Positions 53,860 to 60,749 of a stretch of 64,000 bases of DNA are shown here, in pieces. A model generated the notes under the pieces. That model was not told the DNA's origin. It saw only the letters and a list, made by a program, of their open reading frames with translations, and searched no databases. Each line of letters begins with the position of its first letter. Position 1 is the first letter of the stretch. The stretch comes from a virus. The stretch is from the IMG/VR virus record IMGVR_UViG_3300045988_100207; one strand, given 5' to 3'. Both the position numbers and the translations under genes were made by a program.

Positions 53860-53981
53860 GGGTGGGGGAAATCGGAAAACCGAAATCCAGAAAAAGGGGG
53901 TGGGGGGAGGCAGAATTTCTTTATTTGTATTATTCTACTATAATTTGCAACGGTGGTCAAAGGGGGTGGGGGTCTTGGGGG
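53860..53981. repeat. three GGGGGTGGGGG-type G-tracts (C-tracts on the transcribed strand)
   Basis: GGGTGGGGG 53860-53868; GGGGGTGGGGGG 53896-53907; GGGGGTGGGGG 53962-53972, then TCTTGGGGG. Confidence 0.7.
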
Positions 53982-54037
53982 CGCCTGTTGTGCCTCGTCC
54001 ACCTTGCCTGTCGCTCGTCCGCTCCACCTCCTAGCTG

Positions 54038-54805
54038 CTACCCAAGCCCCGACAAGCCAACTGCCTTCTTCAAGCGGTATTGGTTCTTCTCCTCGGGAGT
54101 CATCATGCTCTCAGCCAAATGGTCGCTTGCAGCAGAACGAGCGGTCTCATTCATGGTGTGTGATACATTTGTGTTATCAATTGGCTTTTCATTTGAGCCT
54201 AAAGCGTTGGCTTTCACCCCTTTAGCACCTTCGAGTTCTGACCCCAATTGGTTCACACCGAAATTGAACATAGCATTTGACGCATTTTGAGCCGCATCAC
54301 TAGTGGCTTGCGCCTTCTGCTGCTCGATTTGCTGACGTTCTCTAGACAACTGCTGAGTGTTCTGAAGGTGAGCATCCTCCACATGCTGCTTGCGAGCCGT
54401 GTCCTGTGCCGCTACGTTGGCTATCGTATCGCCCATAGCCTTGTTAGCTGCTTCTTTTGCCATCGCAACGCTTGCAGCAGTTCCACCGCCAACGGCAGCA
54501 GCACCATCAGCCTTGCGGACGTACTCATCCTGTACCTCCTTCGCCCTTCTCATGAGGTTCTGACCCGCTTTCGTATCAAGGTAGTCCGTGTTGTAGTTCT
54601 TGTCGTACCAAGCCTTCTCAGCGTTCGTTCTGTACGTGTTCTCCGCTTGTGCCCTTCTAGCCGCCTTCTTCGCCTTGTTTGCACCAAAGAGAGAAGACGC
54701 AACACCGCCCGCCAAGGCAGCAGCACCTAATATCCACTCCTTTTTGTCCGTGAGTACAGGACAAGAGGTCAAATGCTTTGGGATTTTTGATAATATTTCC
54801 GTCAT
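54038..54805 (-). CDS. membrane-anchored helical protein, first gene of the giant-ORF operon
   Basis: Start moved to ATG 54805 because the late promoter lies inside the longer track ORF; one TM (ILGAAALAGGVASSLFG), A/Q/K-rich helical remainder. Confidence 0.55.
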   Translation of the reverse strand: MTEILSKIPKHLTSCPVLTDKKEWILGAAALAGGVASSLFGANKAKKAARRAQAENTYRTNAEKAWYDKNYNTDYLDTKAGQNLMRRAKEVQDEYVRKADGAAAVGGGTAASVAMAKEAANKAMGDTIANVAAQDTARKQHVEDAHLQNTQQLSRERQQIEQQKAQATSDAAQNASNAMFNFGVNQLGSELEGAKGVKANALGSNEKPIDNTNVSHTMNETARSAASDHLAESMMTPEEKNQYRLKKAVGLSGLG

Positions 54806-54832
54806 AATTGCAATTATTTGATGTTTCGAGGG

Positions 54833-54874
54833 CAAATATATAATATTTGAAGTTCCGTTTTGCCGTGTTCCAAC
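54833..54874 (-). promoter_or_regulatory. late promoter (giant-ORF operon): GTTGGAACACGGCAAAA-N17-TATATTTG
   Basis: Element at 54858-54874 (complement), -7 box at 54833-54840 (complement), ATG at 54805. Confidence 0.6.
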
Positions 54875-55289
54875 CTCGTTCAAAATCGCCCCAAATCCCA
54901 CAAATTTCTTTCTCGGGGCGCAACTCACCCCTTCTTCTCCTCTCTCTTTGCCCTCTAGAAAACCCATTTTGTAAACATACGTGATTATTGTAAAGAAAAG
55001 ACAAGTGACTAAATATAAGCAAGTTAGTTTCAGTTGTTCCCGATGGAGAATAAAGCCGTGATGTAAAGAAAGTTCTTATTTCATAAAAGAAGATTCTTTG
55101 CAAACAAAAAAGGATGTTTGCATTAATAGGTACGCACGCACGCAAGGAGTTCGTTAGCAAACTTTAACTAGGCGCATTCAACCTTCTTGAATGGTTTTCA
55201 CCCACAATCAACGCTAAACTCGCCCATTTCTGAAGATTTTTGCGATTTTCGGGCAGTTGGTCGGGATTTTTCCCAAATTCGTGAGTTTT

Positions 55290-55326
55290 GAGCCGTTTAA
55301 GAGCCATTTGCAAGCAGATTAGAGCC
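55290..55326. repeat. three GAGCC(N)TTT motifs phased 11 and 21 nt apart
   Basis: GAGCC at 55290, 55301 and 55322, amid five GATTT(T) motifs. Confidence 0.5.
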
Positions 55327-55421
55327 GATTTTGTGGGTTTTTCGTAGATTTCATGGTTTTGTGCAAGATAATGCGCTCATCTAGGATTAAGGCTTTTTGA
55401 AGATGATTTAGGCGGTTTTTA

Positions 55422-55462
55422 TTTTCCTAGTTGGAGAAATATTTTTTCCTAGTTAGGGAAAT
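55422..55462. repeat. 19-nt direct repeat TTTTCCTAGTTRGRGAAAT x2, period 22 nt
   Basis: 55422-55440 and 55444-55462, 17/19 identical. Confidence 0.7.
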
Positions 55463-55542
55463 TGTTTTCTTTGGTTGTGTGGTCTCCTGTACTCTCTCTT
55501 CTCTTGTGTGTTCTCCTTATGGGTGAGAGTGAAGAATCCTCG

Positions 55543-55589
55543 GGGGAGATAAGGGGGCAGCGCCCCCACGGGCGCAAGCGCCCTCCCCA
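55543..55589. repeat. 47-nt GC-rich structured element, copy 1
   Basis: GGGGAGATAAGGGGGCAGCGCCCCCACGGGCGCAAGCGCCCTCCCCA; two stem-loops enclosed by an outer stem. Confidence 0.75.
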
Positions 55590-55613
55590 TGCCCTGTGGG
55601 GCTGACGCCCTCA

Positions 55614-55931
55614 CTACTCTGCACAAAAGTGGCAAGGCTCGAACCCCTCGTTCTCTGCCTTATAAAGTGGCATTCTTTCAGTCATATCATCGTGTACTCC
55701 TTTGCAGTTGTAATCGAAGTGATAGTAGTATGTATCATAATCTGCAAAAACTTCCATTTCCTCATACTCCCTATGATACTCTTCTTTTTGTTCTTCTTGT
55801 TTACGCTCAACGTCTTCGTTCACGTTGTGAAAGAACGTACTTTTGAAGGAGTACACCAAGACAACCGCAACAAAGCAGAATCCAAGCAAACCGCCTAAGA
55901 ATGTGCCAACCTTACTTAAAAACTTCTTCAT
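55614..55931 (-). CDS. small membrane-anchored protein with His/Cys motif
   Basis: N-terminal TM (VGTFLGGLLGFCFVAVVLVY); acidic linker; YHFDYNC...PCHFC (H-x4-C...C-x2-C). Confidence 0.55.
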   Translation of the reverse strand: MKKFLSKVGTFLGGLLGFCFVAVVLVYSFKSTFFHNVNEDVERKQEEQKEEYHREYEEMEVFADYDTYYYHFDYNCKGVHDDMTERMPLYKAENEGFEPCHFCAE

Positions 55932-56230
55932 CTTGCTATAATCTTTAATTCATCAACTTGCTTGAAGAACTCCTCCAATGTATCGGCAGTATAATGGATG
56001 CCATTATAGCGTATAAACGATGCAAAGTCACTCTTATCACTCTCCTCGAAGAGTTCGGACACCTTGCAGCCGATTATCTCTGCCATTTGTTCTAACTTGT
56101 CTAGTCCAATCTTTCTACGTCTAAGTAGCTGATTTAGACTTGTAACATGCTCATAACCCATCTGTGTGGCTAACTCTGAAACTAATATATTGTGCTCTTT
56201 GCAGCACTCTTTTATTCGTAATTCTATCAT
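55928..56230 (-). CDS. XRE/Cro-CI family HTH transcriptional regulator
   Basis: LRIKECCKEHNILVSELATQMGYEHVTSLNQLLRRRKIGLDKLEQMAEIIGCKVSELF. Confidence 0.75.
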   Translation of the reverse strand: MIELRIKECCKEHNILVSELATQMGYEHVTSLNQLLRRRKIGLDKLEQMAEIIGCKVSELFEESDKSDFASFIRYNGIHYTADTLEEFFKQVDELKIIAR

Positions 56231-56250
56231 AATAATCTAATTTAATGGCG

Positions 56251-56258
56251 CAAAGATA
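56251..56258 (-). promoter_or_regulatory. -7 box TATCTTTG for the regulator operon
   Basis: Complement of CAAAGATA, 21 nt upstream of ATG 56230; no -33 TTTG. Confidence 0.45.
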
Positions 56259-56309
56259 CGAAATTATTTTGATAATAGCGCATTTTTGAGAAACTTTTTA
56301 TTTTTATTA

Positions 56310-56326
56310 AGCGCAGAAATGCGCTA
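56310..56326. promoter_or_regulatory. operator O1: AGCGCAGAAATGCGCTA (GCGCA-N4-TGCGC palindrome)
   Basis: Perfect 5-bp inverted half-sites spaced by 4 nt. Confidence 0.55.
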
Positions 56327-56350
56327 TTAATTGTTAAATTCTTTAAGGCT

Positions 56351-56367
56351 TTCGCATAAATGCGCTA
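56351..56367. promoter_or_regulatory. operator O2: TTCGCATAAATGCGCTA
   Basis: 16/17 identical to O3. Confidence 0.55.
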
Positions 56368-56414
56368 CTTTTTGGTTAAATAGCGTGAAAATAAGAAAGA
56401 AATATCGCAGAACA

Positions 56415-56446
56415 TTTGGAACTTTCGCAGAAATGCGCTATATTTG
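56415..56446 (+). promoter_or_regulatory. Bacteroidota sigma-A type promoter (TTTG-N20-TATATTTG), rightward
   Basis: -33 TTTG at 56415-56418, -7 box at 56439-56446. Confidence 0.65.
56424..56440. promoter_or_regulatory. operator O3: TTCGCAGAAATGCGCTA, overlapping the rightward -7 box
   Basis: Last two bases are the TA of TATATTTG. Confidence 0.55.
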
Positions 56447-56803
56447 CACCCGAAATCAAGTTGGTTTGATTTCAAGAGGAACGATGGCACGTTTAGAACT
56501 TCACGTTTAACTACCTCTATAAAAGTACAGATTAGTCGGGAAAGTCAGAGAGATAGAACTCTTCAAACTTCAAAGGAAAATGCGACCGAGTTAGTTGCCA
56601 CTCTAAAAAGCAACAAGACAAAGAAGTCTCAAACACTCATCACGCAAGATGTAAAAACGCTAGTCGTGTTAGACTAGAGAAACATCGAAACACGTCAACC
56701 CACGGACGTTAAACGAAGGGAGTTAGGTCACATATAACTTGTGAACGTTGGGCGCAAACGTACACCTGCACTTTGTATGTATAACATTTTAACAACAACG
56801 ACA

Positions 56804-56971
56804 ATGGAAACAACAAAGATGTGTTTATTAGAATTGACTAAGGCTGAGGCTATGGTAATAGCAAACACGCTTAGAAGAACTGCAAACGAGAATCCATTTC
56901 ATTGGAAGGGTAGCAGCGTTAAGAAGACAAGAGACCTGTACGATAACGTACTCACTCAGTTGTACGACTAA
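56804..56971 (+). CDS. hypothetical protein
   Basis: Track ORF (GTG 56741) trimmed to ATG 56804 (METTKMCLLEL); ATG 56777 also possible. Confidence 0.4.
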   Translation: METTKMCLLELTKAEAMVIANTLRRTANENPFHWKGSSVKKTRDLYDNVLTQLYD

Positions 56972-56984
56972 AATATTAAAGACT

Positions 56985-57383
56985 ATGGCAAAGTTAGCAG
57001 ATTATTACATTTGTGACCTTCGATATACCGAAGAAGGTTACGTAATTTTAGACGAAGATGAGGTTCAACCTCAAGGATATGAAGACAATGATGAGTACAT
57101 CAAAGAGTTTTGGGGAGAATATCCGTTTATCGGGAAGTATCCTGTAATGTACAGAGGTAAACTTGTTGATGTACTTGTGTTCAAAGATTACGAACAATAC
57201 TTTGGAGTGTTCAAAGATGAAGGCAAGTGCATGAAGGACTACATAGTTGTGAAAGACTACATTTGCGAACCCGACAGGAAACCCGAAGTTGTTGCACAAT
57301 TCGACACAAGAGAAAAGGCAGAAGAGTACTCCTTACAACATGAAGGTGTATATTGGGTGTATGAAATGAGTAAGGAATGGTAA
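56985..57383 (+). CDS. hypothetical protein
   Basis: 132-aa ORF; AAGACTATGG start context. Confidence 0.55.
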   Translation: MAKLADYYICDLRYTEEGYVILDEDEVQPQGYEDNDEYIKEFWGEYPFIGKYPVMYRGKLVDVLVFKDYEQYFGVFKDEGKCMKDYIVVKDYICEPDRKPEVVAQFDTREKAEEYSLQHEGVYWVYEMSKEW

Positions 57384-57393
57384 GTAACAATGT

Positions 57394-57440
57394 GGGGAGA
57401 TAAGGGGGCAGCGCCCCCACGGGGCGTACGCCCCTCCCCA
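57394..57440. repeat. 47-nt GC-rich structured element, copy 2
   Basis: GGGGAGATAAGGGGGCAGCGCCCCCACGGGGCGTACGCCCCTCCCCA; first 30 nt identical to copy 1, hairpin 2 differs by compensatory changes. Confidence 0.75.
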
Positions 57441-57460
57441 CGCCAAACAGACAAAAGATT

Positions 57461-57724
57461 ATGGGAAAATATTTGGTAAACACGTACAGCACTATCAGAA
57501 AAACAAACGGAGATACATTTCGGTATGAAGGTTTCACAAAAGTGCTTAGCGAGAATGTAGTAAAAATCGCAAAACAAGCTAACAAGGAAGTTGGCTACAA
57601 GTACGTAGGACGTTTCAAAGATACACACGGACGCTATTACACTAGGTATGAGCGCATGGCTGAGGAGTTATCTAACTCGGAACGTGAAGTTATCTACTTC
57701 GTAACAATAACAACATTAAAATAA
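57461..57724 (+). CDS. hypothetical protein, paralog of 57879-58136
   Basis: Shared K..GYKY.GR..D...Y.T.Y....E.L...E...Y...IT.LK pattern and identical C-terminal LK. Confidence 0.5.
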   Translation: MGKYLVNTYSTIRKTNGDTFRYEGFTKVLSENVVKIAKQANKEVGYKYVGRFKDTHGRYYTRYERMAEELSNSEREVIYFVTITTLK

Positions 57725-57728
57725 GACT

Positions 57729-57860
57729 ATGGCTAAAGAAGTTCATGTTATATTGAAGGGCGATTGCTATTCTATGAACACATATTGCAGCACCATCAAA
57801 GATTTTTTGGAAATGAGACACCTCAAGAGAAGTGACGTTTCCGATTGGTGGAAAGAATAA
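57729..57860 (+). CDS. hypothetical protein (43 aa)
   Basis: Read by eye; AAGACTATGG start context. Confidence 0.3.
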   Translation: MAKEVHVILKGDCYSMNTYCSTIKDFLEMRHLKRSDVSDWWKE

Positions 57861-57878
57861 TTATTAAAGTTAAGAGTT

Positions 57879-58136
57879 ATGGCAAATAATATCGTAGAGT
57901 TCAGTATAGTTAGAATACCCGCTGAAGGAGGAGTAAAAGTTGAACCGATTTCCTGTAAGATATGCACTGATAATCGTGTGAAGGAAATCAAGAAACAGAT
58001 GAAGAAGTTAGGCTACAAGTACAAAGGACGTGACAGGGATATGTACGACAACATTTTCACGAAGTATATAAAGCTAAGTGAAATCCTTCCCGAGGAAAAA
58101 GTATTCTATAAGTATCAAATAACAAGATTAAAATAA
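57879..58136 (+). CDS. hypothetical protein, paralog of 57461-57724
   Basis: See 57461-57724. Confidence 0.5.
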   Translation: MANNIVEFSIVRIPAEGGVKVEPISCKICTDNRVKEIKKQMKKLGYKYKGRDRDMYDNIFTKYIKLSEILPEEKVFYKYQITRLK

Positions 58137-58142
58137 ACGATT

Positions 58143-58310
58143 ATGGAAAAGACAATAACGCTTTCGGGCGATGAGATATACAATATCACATCAGCTATTA
58201 ACGACAGAATAATCCTTCTAGAGGAATGTATTTCAAGCCACGATGATACTCCTATAACGCACAAGCGATTGAAGGAGTTCAAAGAGATTAAAGCAAAGTT
58301 GAACAATTAA
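58143..58310 (+). CDS. hypothetical protein (55 aa), paralog of 58323-58505
   Basis: Read by eye; N terminus MEKTITLSGDEI vs MEKTITLTSDEI; both end in K(A)KLN. Confidence 0.45.
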   Translation: MEKTITLSGDEIYNITSAINDRIILLEECISSHDDTPITHKRLKEFKEIKAKLNN

Positions 58311-58322
58311 AACGATAAGAAA

Positions 58323-58505
58323 ATGGAGAAGACAATAACACTTACGAGCGATGAGATTTCAAGCATCACTCTCGCTATATACGACAAGGTAATGAACCTT
58401 TCACAAGCAGTTCTTATTTGTGGTGCGGAACTCACACCGAATGCACAACAGAGAATTGAGAACTTAAAGGCAATCGCCCTTAAATTGAATGGTATAGAAT
58501 CTTAA
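58323..58505 (+). CDS. hypothetical protein, paralog of 58143-58310
   Basis: 60-aa track ORF. Confidence 0.5.
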   Translation: MEKTITLTSDEISSITLAIYDKVMNLSQAVLICGAELTPNAQQRIENLKAIALKLNGIES

Positions 58506-58522
58506 AGATAGGAGATAAGAAT

Positions 58523-58768
58523 ATGAGAAAGAACAAAACTTACGAGCAGCAGAAGAAGTTCTATGACAAGAACAACGCCTACGAGAGTTTAGGGGCATTA
58601 TTCTTCGAATGGCTTACTAGCGGTTATATGACCGCAAAGCAGATGCAAGATGTGTACAGAGAAGGAACAAAGGAATGCAAGGAGTACATCTTTGAAGACT
58701 TGTTTCACCTTGTAGGACACAAAACCTTCTATCAGTTCGTTAGAATCTTCAACTTTGGCAAGAAGTAA
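58523..58768 (+). CDS. hypothetical protein
   Basis: 81-aa ORF. Confidence 0.5.
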   Translation: MRKNKTYEQQKKFYDKNNAYESLGALFFEWLTSGYMTAKQMQDVYREGTKECKEYIFEDLFHLVGHKTFYQFVRIFNFGKK

Positions 58769-58854
58769 CATGGAGCGGTCAGCGAATAGAGAAGCACATC
58801 ACGTTCAAGCCGTGAGACCGCACAAGTATAACAATTAAAAGAAAGGAAATTGAT

Positions 58855-59085
58855 ATGAAAGTACATCACATTGCACATTACGAGTATGGCAGTAGACCGC
58901 ACTCGGAAATGAGAGAAAAGGAGTTCCCTACACGTTGGGAGGCCGAGAAGTTTTGTGAGGAATGGAGAAAAGAACATTGGTATTTTGGCGGTGCAGCATG
59001 GGCAGAAAGCATAACAGAGCCGAGACCTATAACCGCTAACGATGTTCTCGCAGCCGCAGTAATCAAAAAGATTTTAAGATATTAA
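58855..59085 (+). CDS. hypothetical protein
   Basis: 76-aa ORF. Confidence 0.5.
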   Translation: MKVHHIAHYEYGSRPHSEMREKEFPTRWEAEKFCEEWRKEHWYFGGAAWAESITEPRPITANDVLAAAVIKKILRY

Positions 59086-59189
59086 GGAGGTTTAAGTTAT
59101 GGACATCACAATTTATGTATTAATCTTCTTAGTTGGCAGTCTTACAGGCTACAGACTGAGAGCAGCAAAAGACATGGAGGACGAGTAAT

Positions 59190-59507
59190 ATGAAAAAGAG
59201 AATTAAGATAGTTTTGGTAGTGGCAACGATAGTTGCCCTACCTCTTATGGGAGCCGGAATGCAGCAGAGCAAGAGCGAGGAGAAATCTTTGCTAGTAGAC
59301 TTCATCGAGTATTGCAAGACATGTGAGAATCTTAGGCAAGTTGATCCTAACAAGGACTACACCCAAGCAACACTCCATGAGCTGAAGAATGCAGCACGTT
59401 TCTATGAGGGACAGGAGAACTTTGCCGACTGCACAGATTATCAGCAGCAAGCAAAGATAGATAAGATTATCGGCAGAACTTATGATGCTAAAGTCATTAA
59501 CAAGTAA
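59190..59507 (+). CDS. secreted or membrane-anchored small protein
   Basis: N-terminal signal-like MKKRIKIVLVVATIVALPLMGAG. Confidence 0.5.
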   Translation: MKKRIKIVLVVATIVALPLMGAGMQQSKSEEKSLLVDFIEYCKTCENLRQVDPNKDYTQATLHELKNAARFYEGQENFADCTDYQQQAKIDKIIGRTYDAKVINK

Positions 59508-59512
59508 AGACT

Positions 59513-59659
59513 ATGAGCGCAGATGATTTACAGAAGTTAAGTGACCTTCTTCTAGCTTTCAGCAACGAGGAGGCCACAAAAGGAGAACGTATCGCCATAT
59601 CAAGGGCACAAGCAATCGTTTTCCGATATTATTTATCAAAGAAATACGGAGCAATTTAA
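59513..59659 (+). CDS. hypothetical protein (48 aa)
   Basis: Read by eye; AAGACTATG start context. Confidence 0.35.
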   Translation: MSADDLQKLSDLLLAFSNEEATKGERIAISRAQAIVFRYYLSKKYGAI

Positions 59660-59677
59660 ATTATAGGAGATAAAATT

Positions 59678-60172
59678 ATGAAGACAACTAAGGCAGTTAG
59701 ATTGAGTAACAATTTTGTAGGAGTTGAGATTAACACCATACAAGACGTAGTAAAGGCACAGGCAGCCGGACTCAAACTTGTAGACAAGGAAGGTTGGGAA
59801 TATAGTATTTACACCATCGATGATGAAGAGACCGGAGAAGAGCGAGAGCCAACAGAACAGGAAATCTTCGAGCACATCACCAAAGACCTCTCAGAAGGCA
59901 AGGAAGTGTACGCATGTATGGAATTATCGTCTGATTGGGAAGTACAGGAACGAGCAAAGACGTGTCTTAAAACCAACTTCTATGTTGGTCAGCAGGTTTT
60001 CATTATGCGTGATAACAAGATAGCTGAGAAGACGATTACTCGCGTCATCCTTGAAGACAGCAAAGACAAGGAATGTTGTAAACTTTTATTACAACATGAT
60101 AATGCATACACCAATGGTGTAGACGTCTTTGCCACAAAGGAAGAACTTGTAGAAAGTCTGATGAAGGAGTAA
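59678..60172 (+). CDS. hypothetical protein
   Basis: 164-aa ORF, followed by hairpin GAGGGAGA/TCTCCCTC (60182-60201). Confidence 0.55.
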   Translation: MKTTKAVRLSNNFVGVEINTIQDVVKAQAAGLKLVDKEGWEYSIYTIDDEETGEEREPTEQEIFEHITKDLSEGKEVYACMELSSDWEVQERAKTCLKTNFYVGQQVFIMRDNKIAEKTITRVILEDSKDKECCKLLLQHDNAYTNGVDVFATKEELVESLMKE

Positions 60173-60217
60173 GTTTAACCCGAGGGAGAGAAATCTCCCT
60201 CATAAACCATTTCAAGT

Positions 60218-60457
60218 ATGATTAATTCAGTTGTTAGAAATCTGTTGGATAAAAAGGATTGGAGCAGAATCATTTTCCGCTTTCCTACATCAAGCTATAC
60301 TTTGTTCAATAGCGAAAAGTACGAGATAGATAGTTTCTGCATCTATATTTACGATACGTCCAGAGAGTACAAGGAAACGAAAGTTCTAGACATAAGCAGT
60401 CTGATTTCCATGGAGATTAAGAAGAAGAGTTTTGAAGATATTGTAGAGGAGATGTAA
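60218..60457 (+). CDS. hypothetical protein
   Basis: 79-aa ORF. Confidence 0.45.
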   Translation: MINSVVRNLLDKKDWSRIIFRFPTSSYTLFNSEKYEIDSFCIYIYDTSREYKETKVLDISSLISMEIKKKSFEDIVEEM

Positions 60458-60462
60458 GCAAT

Positions 60463-60645
60463 ATGACGATAATTATAAAATTTTTCAAGGGAGCCATCTA
60501 CGTTGACAAGTTCGGACGGAGATACAGGGCAAGTACAACGTTCATCATCAAGCAGACCTCATTTACTGAGAGGTTCTTTCTGCCGAACGGAATGCAAGTA
60601 GACAAGAGCACTTGTCTTGAGAAGATAAACGAGAAGAGAAAATAG
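60463..60645 (+). CDS. hypothetical protein
   Basis: 60-aa ORF. Confidence 0.4.
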   Translation: MTIIIKFFKGAIYVDKFGRRYRASTTFIIKQTSFTERFFLPNGMQVDKSTCLEKINEKRK

Positions 60646-60749
60646 TTGTTGTTGTTATATATAGGGCGAATGCGGTATTCAAGCCGCTACAGATGGTTGC
60701 AACGTACCATCCGCCCACCAAGTTTAATTTTAAAAGAAAGGATTTGATT

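Noticed and set aside
53769-54290. + strand ORFs (173 and 90 aa) across the G-tract intergenic region
   Set aside because: Their Gly/Trp-rich translations are driven by the G-runs, and they overlap the 54038-54805 gene in antisense.
54806-54967. N-terminal extension of the 54038 ORF (track start 54967)
   Set aside because: The extension contains the late element and the -7 box (54833-54874). ATG 54805 lies 28 nt downstream of the -7 box, matching the geometry of the other late promoters.
55453-55635. Similar peptides (GALPPYLP) in the - strand ORFs 55453-55635 and 57211-57585
   Set aside because: The similarity is produced by translating the two copies of the 47-nt GC-rich repeat. Both ORFs overlap better-supported features, so they are not a protein family.
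55928-56446. Calling the phage temperate on the basis of the XRE switch
   Set aside because: No integrase, excisionase pair, partition or attachment site is visible in this window. The switch alone does not establish lysogeny.
56444-56677. 77-aa + strand ORF downstream of the rightward promoter
   Set aside because: It starts with a TTG located inside the -7 box, upstream of any plausible TSS. The region is treated as a leader or ncRNA candidate instead.
55422-57440. CRISPR array or tRNA genes among the repeats and non-coding stretches
   Set aside because: The repeats occur only two or three times and lack regular repeat-spacer architecture. No cloverleaf or GTTCRANNC T-loop signature was found by eye.
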